Below, piece after piece: positions 47,799 through 58,482 of a stretch of DNA of 64,000 nt; the stretch's first letter is position 1, and every line of letters begins with the position of its first letter. This DNA comes from a virus, in the IMG/VR virus record IMGVR_UViG_3300044645_002525, positions 1-64,000 of that record; one strand, 5' to 3'. Below the pieces are notes generated by a model. It did not search any database and was not told the DNA's origin. It saw only the letters and a list, made by a program, of their open reading frames with translations. The translations under genes and the position numbers were made by a program.

Positions 47799-50700
47799 TC
47801 ATGAGAATTCTCCAATGATATAGTCATAAGTGCCTTCGCCATGACCAATGCAATGCCAATGATCAATATCGTGTCGACGAAAAGAGCCACTGCGTTTAGT
47901 GACAGTTTTAATAAAATCAACCAAGCTAATTTGCTCGTCATATTCATTTTTTATGCACCATTCTTCACAGAGCTTGTCTCCAATTAGTTGTTGAATGTCC
48001 TGCCAATTACAAACATTCTCTTCTGGCGTCACGTGCAAGCTAAAGCACCAGCCCCATGAGCTTTTGCCAAGGTGAATGGGAGGTTCTTCTTCTTTGCCGC
48101 AATGAAAGCATTTTGGAGCGTGAAGATAATAATTTGTTCCCATGGTCAATCTTCTCCAATAATGCGAAAATCAGGATCGTTGTCCTTTTTAATCCATCGA
48201 CATTGATTTAGTTCAGGAAACACGACGAAAAGCTTATCATGATGATCCTGCTCAACAATGCCCATGGTGAGCTTGGTGCCAATTCGGCTTTTGCCTTTCT
48301 TGCTGATGGCGAGAATGTTAATAGCGTTTTGCATGGTTTCAAGGAGGGGAGGGCGGGGCGCTTTAGGCGCCCCTTGTCAGTTCAAATAGCCTCGGAAGCC
48401 CAACGCTTGACTGTGTGCATGATGTCGTCGCTGGTTTTATTGAAGAGGCGGCTGAGGGTTTCCATCTTGCGGCCCATCATCATCTGACCGTCTTCGTGCT
48501 TAGCAATACAGGCCACGCCTTGGACAAAAAAGCCAGAACCGGGCTTGCCTTCATTGATGAACTTAGCGATGAGAGAAATGAGCTGCTCTTCATCGTGCCT
48601 GATGACGAGGCCGCCAACGTTAACAAGGAATTCCATGGTGGGAAAGCAAAGGGCTGTCGGGATCTCGCCCAACAAGAGAACAATACAGCAAAAGAGCCCC
48701 GTTTCCGGGGCTTGTAACAATGCTTAACAATTAAGCCAGTCGCTCCTGGAGCCTGTTCCACATCCATTGCTCCCGAGTGGAGGGGCGCAGCAACTCATAG
48801 CATTCTCCGTCAACGATGCTGTCGCCAGCGCTATCTACGTGCCCTTCAACATGGAGCTGCCAGATGCCTCTGCAGGCGCCATCAGGCCCGTAGACAGCCA
48901 CTACGTCCTCTCTATCCTCCATTGCTTGGCGAACGTGGAAAATGAGCTGTTGGAGCGTAGCCGCCTGATAGGAGCCTTTGGTGGGAGGGAAATAGTAGCC
49001 GTTGTCTTGGTACGTCTTGATGGTCACCACTGTGGGGAAAGCGAAGGAACGGAAAGGAGCCAGCCAGGAAGAAGCTCTTGAGCAGAAAGGATGGCCGTAG
49101 CTTGATCCCTGGCCAGTAGTTGAAGCGTACGGCGTTGCCCTTGTTTATGAGCAACGATGGTGAAGGGAATCATTCTGGCAGTTGCTCCTCTTCAAGCTCT
49201 TGTTCATGGACAAGTTGCCTGAGTTGGTCTATTGCCGCTTGAATGACATAGCCTCTGGTGATAGAGCTTTCATCTAGCAGTTCTTCTAGCGCTCTAATTT
49301 CATCACAGAGTTCTTCCGTGGAAGAGAATGTGCATGCAGCGTAAGGCACGCCATATTCATCTTCTGAGACGAAGCTAACGGGAAAAGTCATGATTCAGGA
49401 GAAATGATGGTCCAAGAAAGGTAGTCTTCAGAAGGGCGTTCTATGCGAATGAAGCCGCGCTCTTCTAATTTTGCCATTGCTTTCAAATGGTCAGCAAGTC
49501 TGCTGCCTTGCAATGGTGATTTTGGTACGCTGCATGGCACATTGCCATACTTTTTCTTGTGAGCTAAATAATGCAAATAGATGTTGCGTTGATTAATGGA
49601 AAGAGCAAATTGTGAGTTGTTCACAAATGCTCCTCGATTAAATCTGCTAGCTCTTCAAAGCTTGCTCCTTCATCATTCCAGCTACTAACGTAATGGCCAG
49701 CAAGGTAAGGATTGGGCGCATCTAGCCCTGCCCATTGCTGAACGGAAAGAGGAAGAATGCCTCCTTCAGTTTCAAAGCTGTAGCAACCACCAACGTCATG
49801 GTGCCATTTCTGGTTTGTCTCTTGAATGTAGAGATTGGTGAGCACTCCTAGGCAGCAGAATTTGCCATTGTTGCAGAGGCTTTCACGACCTTGTTGATAC
49901 TCTCCAGAGCGAAGAGCTTGAATCCAGGATTGCTTGATGGAGGCGTTCATGATCAGCCGTTAATGCAAGAGTTGAAGAATTGTTCTGCTTCCCACTTGTG
50001 ATCAAAGAGACCGTAGGAAGTGGTGTGAAGCTGGAATTCAGTTATGCGCTCCCATCCATAGGCTTCCCACTTTATGGAGCCATCAGCGCACAGATAAGAT
50101 TGCACGCCATAGCCACTGTGCTGGGCTTGACGGTCAGCTTCAAGCTTGGCCAAATACGGATCTTCTCTGTGGCCTTCGTAAGGACGGTGCATGGCTTGAT
50201 TGCGAACAAAGGAACAATAGAAGAGAAGCGGGGCGTTTCCGCCCCTTTGTTGCAATGCTTAACAGAAGGCCGTGCGACCGTTGGAATAGGCCCACCATTG
50301 CTTGGTGCCTTCGCTGGCTTCCTGCTCCCATGCTGCCCACTTCTCAGGCACAGGCTCGGAAACAATGCGAGTGCCAGCAGGCACCTTGATGGGGCCAGAG
50401 AGCGTGCCGATGGTCCATTGATCCATCACGGGACCATTGATATACCAGCTCTGGCAAACGTGGAGCAGGCCAATCAACTCAAGCTCGCGAGGATTGGCGG
50501 CACCGGCTCTTTGCTGAGTGGGGAAAGGCTCGTGCCAGTTGGGCACGGTGATAGTGATTTTGATTCGCTCAAGCCCTTCGAACTTAGTCCAGTAGCCAGG
50601 ACCGGTGAGCTGCTCAACGGAGTGGTTGATGATTGCCATGGTTGGTTCCTTAACGAGGGGGCGTCGCCGCCCATGCAGAGAACAATACAGCACCATGCCC

Positions 50701-51223
50701 CGCTCAACGAGGCTTGTTACAAACCTTCATAAAGGCATTCCAAACGAAAAGGCCGGAGGCGGCCCATACGGAGCTTGTCTTCGCTGACGAATTGCTGACT
50801 ATTGGTTTTGGTGTTTTTGATTTTATGCAGGCCAGTTTCAGGGTATATCTTCACCACTGTGTATTCGCCTCTCCATTGTTTGAAGCCTGAATCGTAGAGA
50901 TCGACGAGGGTTCCAATGGGGAAAGGCATGAAAAAGGGGCCTAATGGCCCCTAGTCTAGAAATCAGCGTTGCTGGTCACAAATGCCAGCGAGCATTTCGC
51001 CAACGTAAATACTGGCATCACGAAGCTTGTCTAGGGCTTCATCACGCTCAGCGCGAGCCTTGTAATAAGCGCCAGGGTCCTGCGGATAGTAATCGCGCCC
51101 ATTGAGAGTGGCTGCAGCAAGTGCTTCCATTGCCTTTTCGATGGCATCGTAAGCAGCGGCGTATTCATCTCGCAGTGTGGTGAAGCCGGTGCCGTTGAGG
51201 TGGATGGTGGGGATGGTTGCCAT
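47799..51223 (-). CDS. Run of about 11 small hypothetical genes (47799-48143, 48146-48334, 48382-48636, 48731-49030, 49170-49391, 49388-49624, 49621-49950, 49953-50192, 50259-50639, 50717-50929, 50963-51223)
   Basis: Co-oriented, tightly packed ORFs separated by promoter/terminator cassettes; includes the common phage families MGTNYY...HLGKSS.GW and W..ALRSGEYQQG...CCLGV. Confidence 0.7.
48680..48731 (-). promoter_or_regulatory. Promoter cassette: HLR1-like direct repeat + hairpin + TATTGT -10
   Basis: + strand ACAATA (48680-85); hairpin GCCCCG-TTTC-CGGGGC; GTAACAAT-gc-TTAACAAT (48714-31). Confidence 0.7.
50214..50266 (-). promoter_or_regulatory. Promoter cassette, copy 2
   Basis: ACAATA (50214-19); GGGGCG-TTTC-CGCCCC; GTTGCAAT-gc-TTAACAGA (50249-66). 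Confidence 0.7.
50682..50733 (-). promoter_or_regulatory. Promoter cassette, copy 3
   Basis: ACAATA (50682-87); imperfect hairpin; GTTACAAA-cc-TTCATAAA (50716-33). Confidence 0.65.
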
Positions 51224-51254
51224 TTGGAGAGGCATCGCTGCCGAACACTTAGGA

Positions 51255-51306
51255 ACAATACAGAAGAAAGGCCCCGGAAACGGGGCCTGTTACAAAGCTT
51301 TACAGA
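51255..51306 (-). promoter_or_regulatory. Promoter cassette, copy 4
   Basis: ACAATA (51255-60); AGGCCCCG-GAAA-CGGGGCCT; GTTACAAA-gc-TTTACAGA (51289-306). Confidence 0.75.
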
Positions 51307-51307
51307 G

Positions 51308-51679
51308 CTAGTTGGTGACGTTGGCGCAGAGAGCAGCCACCATATTTGCTTCTCCTGGTTTTGCTCCTTTTGCCACTGGACTACGCCAGCCCTGCCATTG
51401 TTTGTCTTGGAGCACGTTCACCTTCAGAAGCGGGCAACTAACGGCAATTGACACTGGCGTGTGGGCGCTTTCATCTTTGCATTGGCGCGTGGTGGTCCTC
51501 ACGCCATCAGAAGAAAGCTTCCAAGAGCCCCAGGCGTAGTGGCAGTCGCCGAATTTGCGCTCAGTGGCGGTTTGCCCTTCTTTGATGATGCGCTCCAGGA
51601 GCGCTTCTTCCTTGGAGAGAGCTTGTTGCTGCACGGGAGGCAGTTCGGGCAGTGCAGTTGCGAGAAGGAGGGAAAGCAT
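51308..51679 (-). CDS. Putative exported Cys-containing protein
   Basis: Hydrophobic N-terminus and four Cys. Confidence 0.55.
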   Translation of the reverse strand: MLSLLLATALPELPPVQQQALSKEEALLERIIKEGQTATERKFGDCHYAWGSWKLSSDGVRTTTRQCKDESAHTPVSIAVSCPLLKVNVLQDKQWQGWRSPVAKGAKPGEANMVAALCANVTN

Positions 51680-51690
51680 GGTTTTGGAGA

Positions 51691-51882
51691 TCAGGAGGAA
51701 AGGGCGCGCTTAATAAAGCTTTCAACGTTTCTCAAAAAGCGCTTATCTAAAGTGCTTTTGCTTGTACAAAATATCTTGCCAGAAGGATGCTTGAAGACAT
51801 AGTGCTTTTTCTCACGCTGGAGAATAAAGCCATACTTTGCGGCCAAGGCCATTACTGCTCTTCTATTATCTTTTGTTGCCAT
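51691..51882 (-). CDS. HicA-like (dsRBD-fold) protein
   Basis: YGFILQREKKHYVFKHPSG...SKS..D.R..RN pattern. Confidence 0.6.
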   Translation of the reverse strand: MATKDNRRAVMALAAKYGFILQREKKHYVFKHPSGKIFCTSKSTLDKRFLRNVESFIKRALSS

Positions 51883-52088
51883 TAGAGCAGTTTCCAGATG
51901 TCATCTTGCAAAGCATTTGCAAGCGTCAAGAGCAAGTCTTTCTTTTCTTTATGAGCGGGCTTATTAGCGCGGGAAAGAATAAAAGAGCGAGCAGAAGAGC
52001 GATCATCGGCGCTGTAATCTTGCCACTTGTGGCGAACGTTGTTGGAAACCATTTTTGCAATGGCTTGTTGAGTGCGAGAGAGGGGCAT
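51882..52088 (-). CDS. Hypothetical protein
   Basis: 68-aa ORF abutting neighbours. Confidence 0.55.
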   Translation of the reverse strand: MPLSRTQQAIAKMVSNNVRHKWQDYSADDRSSARSFILSRANKPAHKEKKDLLLTLANALQDDIWKLL

Positions 52089-52092
52089 TGTT

Positions 52093-52371
52093 TCAGAAGA
52101 CGAGGGTTTGTCCGTTAGCTTTAATGCTTGTCACGCGCTCACAATCAAACGAACGCCAAGCACCTTCCCCTTCTTTACGAGCAATGGAGAAATCACGACA
52201 ACGGACAATGTTGGGCTTCTTCACTGCCGTGCCTGTTCCTTTGATTTCCTTGGTATCCCAAGGATTAAAGCAAAGCTTGCGCACGGAACCATTAGCCTTG
52301 ATGAATTCCACTGAAACAATGCTGTGACCAGCATTGAAGATGAACTGTTTAATGCGGGAGGTTTTGTCCAT
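52093..52371 (-). CDS. WYL-like / Sm-SH3 beta-barrel protein
   Basis: VEFIKANGSVR...D...AWRSF motif. Confidence 0.65.
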   Translation of the reverse strand: MDKTSRIKQFIFNAGHSIVSVEFIKANGSVRKLCFNPWDTKEIKGTGTAVKKPNIVRCRDFSIARKEGEGAWRSFDCERVTSIKANGQTLVF

Positions 52372-52450
52372 GAGGAACCTGTCGCCAGGGGGGTATGGAG
52401 GGAAGAAAGAAAGGCTCCCGCTTAGGAAGCCTCGTCCGTCATCCAGGGAG

Positions 52451-52480
52451 AGTGTAGAGGCTACTGAGCTGAGTTGTCAA
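52451..52480 (-). promoter_or_regulatory. Sigma70-type promoter
   Basis: TTGACA-18 nt-TACACT on the minus strand. Confidence 0.7.
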
Positions 52481-52649
52481 GCTTGGCCACGGGAAAGCCA
52501 TTAGCAATGCGGCAGTAGCGCTCAGGATGGTGCTGGAGGCATTTGTCAAGCCCTGCCTTGTTAGGCATTGCTTCAGGGCCTGCGACAATGGCAAAAATGC
52601 CAAGTCCAAACACCAAGCTCACCACGAGAAATGAAGCTGCGTCTTTCAT
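52461..52649 (-). CDS. Small membrane-anchored protein
   Basis: N-terminal TM helix; C-x8-C in the soluble part. Confidence 0.55.
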   Translation of the reverse strand: MKDAASFLVVSLVFGLGIFAIVAGPEAMPNKAGLDKCLQHHPERYCRIANGFPVAKLDNSAQ

Positions 52650-52996
52650 AGTCTTGAGATGCAGATGGACGCTTCGCCTTGAGAAGGGGAAGCAATACGA
52701 GCGAAGCTGCCGTAGGACAAGTCCAAGATGCGGCCTCCGTAGTATGGACCGCGATCAACGACTGTCACTGTCACTGACTTTCCATTGTTACGGTTCTTCA
52801 CACGCAGTCGCGTGCCAAATGGAAGCCATGGATGGGCAGCAGTCATGGAATAGGCATTGAACGTGGAACCACTGGCCGTGCGTTGACCGTGATAGCCATC
52901 CGAGACGCCATAGTGCGAGGCGTAGCCACATTCGAGAGCTGCTTGCGCCGGGATGGGACAGAGCAGCAGAAGGGAAAGAAAAAGACGTTTCATCAA
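52646..52996 (-). CDS. rlpA: RlpA-like lytic transglycosylase (DPBB domain) with signal peptide
   Basis: GYASHYG...TASG..FN..MTAAH.WLPFGT...V.V.DRGPY..GRILDLS. Confidence 0.9.
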   Translation of the reverse strand: MMKRLFLSLLLLCPIPAQAALECGYASHYGVSDGYHGQRTASGSTFNAYSMTAAHPWLPFGTRLRVKNRNNGKSVTVTVVDRGPYYGGRILDLSYGSFARIASPSQGEASICISRL

Positions 52997-53106
52997 TTAG
53001 TACGAAAGAACTAGCGAGGGCCATGCCGTCTCCGACAAGGCAATGCCCATTGTGCCATGAAACGAGCAGCTAGTGCCGAGCTGTTGCAAGGTGTTATGAT
53101 TCTGAA

Positions 53107-53279
53107 GCACTCGGTCCTGGCGGCTTAATTGCTGCTCTTGTCTTCGGGCGAGCCGTGAGGGTGGACGCCTCTGGTGATGCGGGCGAAGATCGAATGATCT
53201 AGCCAAGGAGTTTTGCATGGTCTCCTGCGAGGCGCATCATCTCCCTTGTATCTTCAGGGAAAGGGGCATCGGAGGGTGC
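53107..53279 (+). ncRNA. Putative ~170-nt structured ncRNA
   Basis: TGtTATGAT -10 at 53092-53100; closing stem GCACTC/GGGTGC; internal TGATGCG/CGCATCA; terminator GGGGCC-TTAT-GGCCCC-TTTT at about 53288-53311; no convincing ORF. Confidence 0.5.
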
Positions 53280-53341
53280 GAAGAGAGGGGGCCTTATGGC
53301 CCCTTTTCTTTTGCCTATGCTTAAAGGGCTAGGAGATTGTT

Positions 53342-53509
53342 ATGAAGCTTTCTGCGGAGCAAGAAAGAGAAAGACTTAAGCGATGGATGGCAAGTGGGGA
53401 AGTTTACGACCCTCGTAACGAAGATGATTTTGATACTTGGAACGTAGGAATGGAGCCTCTTCCTGGTGATCGCTCTTGGGCAAAGAAAAAGCCCCTTACG
53501 GGGCTTTAG
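53342..53509 (+). CDS. 55-aa hypothetical protein (below ORF-track cutoff)
   Basis: AGGAG SD upstream; MKLSAEQERERLKRW...; ends in a terminator-like hairpin. Confidence 0.6.
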   Translation: MKLSAEQERERLKRWMASGEVYDPRNEDDFDTWNVGMEPLPGDRSWAKKKPLTGL

Positions 53510-53550
53510 CAGGAATCCTGATAAATGGCGTTTATCAGAAATCCTGATAA

Positions 53551-56226
53551 TTAAGCTTCAAGCTCATCAGCGATGGCAAGAACGTGCGGGATGTACACCC
53601 AGTGACCTTCGCTGTCATCTGGCACGCAATGTTTAGCAACAGCACGCAGGGCAGCAGCAAGACATCCTTTTCCCGTGTGGCTAGTGCGGAAAGCATCTAA
53701 TACGGCTTGAGTGGTGGGTGAGAATTCAGACATACGAGTTGATCGGACTAGGAGGCTTTGATCAGCTCAGCAAAGCGGCGCAGCTTATCCATCTGGCCTT
53801 GCTCGTAGCCACCCCACTCGTCGCTGACATCTCTGGTGGGATCCCACGGGGCTATCAAACTCCAGCAAGATGGAAAGCAAAGACCGGCTTCGCGTGCCGC
53901 TTGGATAATCTGTTGGTCGGTCATTAGTGATGTTGACTAAGAGGGCAGGAATTCGAGAACGCGGAGCAGTGTCGCAGCATCTCCATCATTGATGCAATCA
54001 CCTTCGACAAGGCATTCGATGATCTCTTGCGCTTCATCCTTCAAGCTCGTCGGCTTGGGGCGACGGGCATTGATCAGTTCAAAATCAATACCAATGTGGG
54101 CGGTGCCTTTAAGCCACTCACAGCACGCCTCCAGCTCCTGATCAGCTCCAGCTTGGAACGCTTCATAGAGCACAACATCGACGTTTTGCTCTTCGTCAAT
54201 AATGAGGCTTTCCCACTTTCTGAGTAAATGATCGGGCGGGTAGATGTTGTTAGTCATCAGGAAGAGAAGTGTGTAGAAATTGGCAACTTGGCTAGATGGA
54301 AGTGACGAGACGATAGCGCCTGAGGATTTCCTCCTGTTCCTTTTCTCGCCAGTATTGAAGCCTGCGCTCAAGCTTTGCCGTGGCAAGCTGCATTACGCTT
54401 CGCTTGTCATGATCCCAATCAAGCAATGGATCAGAAGCTTTGGCCAAAGAGTTGTTCGTAGGCATGAGAGAAAGCGCGAAATTTCCTAAGATGATGATCC
54501 CGATCTTGCGCCAACAATTCCGCGAGATCTTTAATGAGCTGATCGCCATTGTCATTATCAAAGTATTCAAAAATAGCGTCTGTAAGTGTGTCTTTGGGCG
54601 TGCTCACAGCTTGCCTCCCTTAATGGCGTTGTTGTAGTTCATCAGATATTCTTCAAAATCAGCGCCAGTGGGAGCTTCTTTACAAAGCTCTTCATGATTC
54701 TCCTTGAGCATGTCAAGGCTCACCACGAAAGCACAGCGAATGCGATCAAGAGCCAATTGCTGCACAAGGTTAGGCTCCTCATCAATAGCCTTTTCAATGG
54801 TGCAAATGTATTCCTGCAGATCTGCCATGGCAAAGGAGCGCGTTACCACGGGCTTACCGAAGTGCATGGCAAGCTCTCCATCCTTAAAAGCAGACACGGG
54901 ATGATTGGGCAGAAGATGATTAAAGGCAACAGTCACGATGGAAAAGCGGAGGGCTAGCGACGTTCTCCGTCGCATGTGCATAGTGTGCCAGTAAAAAGGC
55001 CCCCATCAAGGGGGCCGTCGTCGTCCTGTAACATTTGTTTACAAAGCTTGCTTTGCTGGTTTTCGCAAGGCCTGCGTGGCAATGCTGAGATTTTTGGTGA
55101 TGGGCAATGGCTTGTCTCGCCACTTAATAGCAATGGCATGGCAAGTGCCCACTGGCATTAGCTCAGCGTGCCTGTAAGCCCTGTCCAGGAGAATTTGATA
55201 CGCCTGGCGCTTTGGCTTGCTCATTGGCCCCTCAGGCTCTTCAATGTTAGTGCGAGCAAAATCAGCCAATTCAGTGATGTCGTCTAGCTCGTTGGTAGCA
55301 ATAACAAAATGCCTGCCACGTTGTTGCACTTTGCGCCATGCAGGATGAATGGGAGGATTTTCCATGGCAAGAGCCTGTGCTTCTTCCTGAAGCTGAGGCG
55401 GAATGCAAATGTGAACCATGCGAGGGAGAGAATGCTCTAGCAAAGAGAGCTGGTAGTCCATGGTTAGGCGAAACGAAATTGTCCGAAGTGGAAGGAGTGG
55501 GAACCAATGGTGAGGGAGCATTCACCAAAGCCGTCATACATTGTGCCAAGAAGAAAGCTATTCCTCCATTGGAAACAGAATTTTCCTAGGCGAAGATGAC
55601 CAGTGGCATCAGTGCAATGGAAAGAAGCAGTCACAGCTTTGGATCTTCAGGAAGGGGAGGGATTTCCTCAATCATTGCAATTCTTACGTCAGGACGCATT
55701 GCAAGCATAAAATGTTCAGCTTGTTTTGCTGAAATCGCCCCGAGGGCGATTTTCTTTCCTTCATAAGTGGTGATTAAATAAGTGCGACAAGAAGCTGCCA
55801 TCACCGAAGTTCCTCCTCAAGTTCTTCCAAAATGTGCTGACTGAGCGTTTGCTCAAGCATGGGCTTCCATCCGCCGTCGCCTCCAATGCTATTGATTTCA
55901 GCGAGGAGATGGAGAGCATCGGCAATGCGTGTGGCATCCATCAAACAGCTACAGGCCATGCTGGGCTCCTCGCTAATCAACTCTTCAAACATGCCAATGT
56001 GCAGTTCAAACCATTTTCCTAGTGCGAACAGGGCAATCTGACGGTAGGTTTCATCACCATACTTTTGAAGCATGGTTTCAATGGAAGCGGCAAGCTTTGG
56101 CGGAATGCCTACTGTGCCATGGTCCTGAAGCCCAGGAGAAATGGCCTTGCTGATGGCTTCTCGCTTGCCTTCCTTGGCTGCGATGGCTTGACGCAGGAAC
56201 TGATCGACGGAATCAAACTGGTTCAA
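53551..56226 (-). CDS. Run of small hypothetical genes (e.g. 53551-53733, 53748-53924, 53937-54257, 54604-54829, 55039-55461, 55801-56226)
   Basis: Co-oriented ORFs; includes common small phage families (SPTTQAVLDA...AAALRA; GADQELEACCEWL; IIQAAREAG...RFAELI). Confidence 0.6.
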
Positions 56227-56272
56227 TGCAAGGGAAGCATTTCGCTAATGATGGCCCCTCATGGGGCCATTG

Positions 56273-57028
56273 TCAATAATCGTCTGCATTAATTGTTTGT
56301 AAAGGCATGGTCTCAGGAAGTGGCTCGTTTTCCGGCTCAGCATCAAAGCTGATGGTCTCAGCAGACGCAAGAAGAGAATTGCCCCTGCGTTCTTCAGTAG
56401 CCTTGGCTTCCTTTTCCTTTTCAATGGTGGAGGAAAGGTCTTTTAGGAATGTCCTGTAGGACGTGTCTTGGTTCTCTACGGGCTTGATTTCGTTGAGGCC
56501 AAGGAGCTTTGCTTGCTCCACCAAGGAATTTTTGGCCACGTTGAGAAAGGACGCATCGCCAGCGCTTTCTTCTATCTTCACCATTTCCTTGCTGCCATCG
56601 TCACCGCCGTCCATGATGGTGACTGTCTTCTTGCGTTTACTGGTTTCAAAGCTTGCTAATGCAAGCTCCTTGAGATCCATCTGCTCCTTCAGGAGACGCG
56701 CCCTGTGCGTGTCTTGATTCTTGAGAATCTCTTGCGTGTATAGGTCTCTGTTGAAATGCCTGTCTCCATTGACTGTTTCTTTGCTTAGCTTTAGTACATT
56801 GGCAATCTGACGATTGCTCATCTTTGCTGCTAATAATTCTTGCACCATCCATCGCCTTACGCCAAGCATCTCTTTGGTATAAACACCCGCTCCATGTTTG
56901 CCGCCATGTGACTTATGTTCTCGGATGGCTTCATACTGAGAAATGGGCACGCCTGCTTTTGTCAAAGCTTTTCGTGCATAAGCCTCTTCTTCTTCAGGCG
57001 TGGCAAATTCAATTTCCGGACGAGGCAT
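56273..57028 (-). CDS. HTH protein, candidate terminase small subunit
   Basis: MSNRQIANVLKLSKETVNGD HTH, helical middle, GD..FL......EQAKLLGL motif. Confidence 0.55.
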   Translation of the reverse strand: MPRPEIEFATPEEEEAYARKALTKAGVPISQYEAIREHKSHGGKHGAGVYTKEMLGVRRWMVQELLAAKMSNRQIANVLKLSKETVNGDRHFNRDLYTQEILKNQDTHRARLLKEQMDLKELALASFETSKRKKTVTIMDGGDDGSKEMVKIEESAGDASFLNVAKNSLVEQAKLLGLNEIKPVENQDTSYRTFLKDLSSTIEKEKEAKATEERRGNSLLASAETISFDAEPENEPLPETMPLQTINADDY

Positions 57029-57034
57029 TGTTTA

Positions 57035-57713
57035 CTATTTTGCTCCTCGCATTGTATCGCCCTTTCCATGGAGGGTACGAACAAACAATTCAGTGAAACG
57101 TTCCATGCGTGAGGCCACTACAGTGGCCGGACCATCATCAATTGCTTTCTTCAATACGCAAAGCTCTTCCCATTCAGCAGTAGATAAATCTTCATCGTTA
57201 GCAGACAATGGCGAAATAATGTTCATAGCTAAGCAAAGGGGCGCACCAAGCGCCCCGTTTCCCCACAATCAATGATACTGCCAGAAGGCTTTTTCTAACA
57301 AATCATCAAGCTCATTAAGCTTTTTAGGGCAATATTTTCGGACGAATTCCTCCATCTCCTTATGAAGGCTATCAACGATTTCTGCATAGGCAGCATCTAG
57401 CCCGCGACTGTCCATTTCTTGCTCAGCTTCACGCTCGTAAGCAAGAGCCATGCAATCCTTGGGATTGGTGCAAAATTCACGCATCTGCTTGCTCCGCTGT
57501 GGCAAAACCACTGTCAATCAATTGCTGAATTTCATGCAGACTAGAACGCCAATGACGCTCTCCATTGTTATCACGGGCTCCATAGAGAGTTCGGGCCGCT
57601 GGTTGCGGCCCTTTGCTTGGCTTTGAAAAACCGTGATGCACGATAGGCAGAATTTCGGCCCCATTGTGCTCCAACAAAGGAAGCTTATCTACTGGACTAG
57701 GTGGAAGAAGCAT
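57035..57713 (-). CDS. Three small hypothetical genes (57035-57226, 57269-57484, 57477-57713)
   Basis: Co-oriented ORFs. Confidence 0.55.
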
Positions 57714-57791
57714 TGCGCTGGAAGATTCCTTTGCAATGTTAAGCGTGTTTTGTTCAGTTGAAGGTTTCCTTTGCCTTTTGTCTGAACGTTA

Positions 57792-57917
57792 CGCCCTTGG
57801 GGGCTCCACTCTGGCTAGAGCGGCATTGCGGAGGTTTGAGGCATCGTTTGGCTTTGATCGTTGTTGATAGGTGATCTTGGCCTTATGAATGAACGCTCCG
57901 CCCTTGGGGGCTACGCT
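57792..57917 (-). repeat. Dispersed hairpin element, copy B
   Basis: Reverse complement reads AGCGTAGCCCCCAAGGGCGGAGCGT...AAGGCCAA...GAGCCCCCAAGGGCG. Confidence 0.75.
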
Positions 57918-58210
57918 TGCTCTGGCTGGCCATGCCCGTGAGTTAAGGAGCCATCGCTGATGGGCTTAGCGACACGTGTCTAGTCCAGTGGTGAGGGTAA
58001 AGGGAGTTAGAGGCAAAATCAAGCAGGCTTGTGCAGCTTCTTTCCCTGGCACAAGGCAGACGAGAATGGCGCTAACCGGCAGCATGATGGCACTGCCTCT
58101 CCTTTTCTCCATGGACAAGGAAGCCATCACTGAGTGGCTGATCAAGCACAAGTACAGCGATCGCCGCCTCATTCCACAGCTCCATTGCCCGCTCTGTCGC
58201 CCACTGAACT

Positions 58211-58369
58211 ATGAACGACGAATTCAAGGACTACAAAATCGTCAAGCTGCCACGCAATGGTCCGAAGCCTGGTCAGAGCACTAACGCTTGGCTTTATGGC
58301 AAAGGCAAAGAAGAAGAAGAATTCCGGAAATTAATAGACGCTCAAAGCTTCAAAGGCAAGCACAAGTAG
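58211..58369 (+). CDS. 52-aa hypothetical protein
   Basis: MNDEFKDYKIVKLPRNGPKPGQ...; followed by a bidirectional terminator-like hairpin at about 58377-58399. Confidence 0.5.
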   Translation: MNDEFKDYKIVKLPRNGPKPGQSTNAWLYGKGKEEEEFRKLIDAQSFKGKHK

Positions 58370-58482
58370 GTAAAACAAAGGGGCCTAGTGGCCCCTTTCT
58401 TCTTGGTCTATACTGAAGAAAGCTGCCCGCTACGGTAGGCAGCGGGGAGGCTATGTTAGAGCCTCCCTCCTATTGTGAAGCG

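Noticed and set aside
48714-51306. NtcA boxes (GTA-N8-TAC) in the promoter cassettes
   Set aside because: GT...AC spacing is one base too long and the pattern fits direct repeats better than a palindrome.
53748-53924. Suspected frameshifted pseudogene
   Set aside because: Re-reading shows an intact 58-aa ORF (MTDQQIIQAAREAG...RFAELIKAS).
58157-58164. HIP1 octamer GCGATCGC as a host signature
   Set aside because: Only one copy was noticed, which is compatible with chance.
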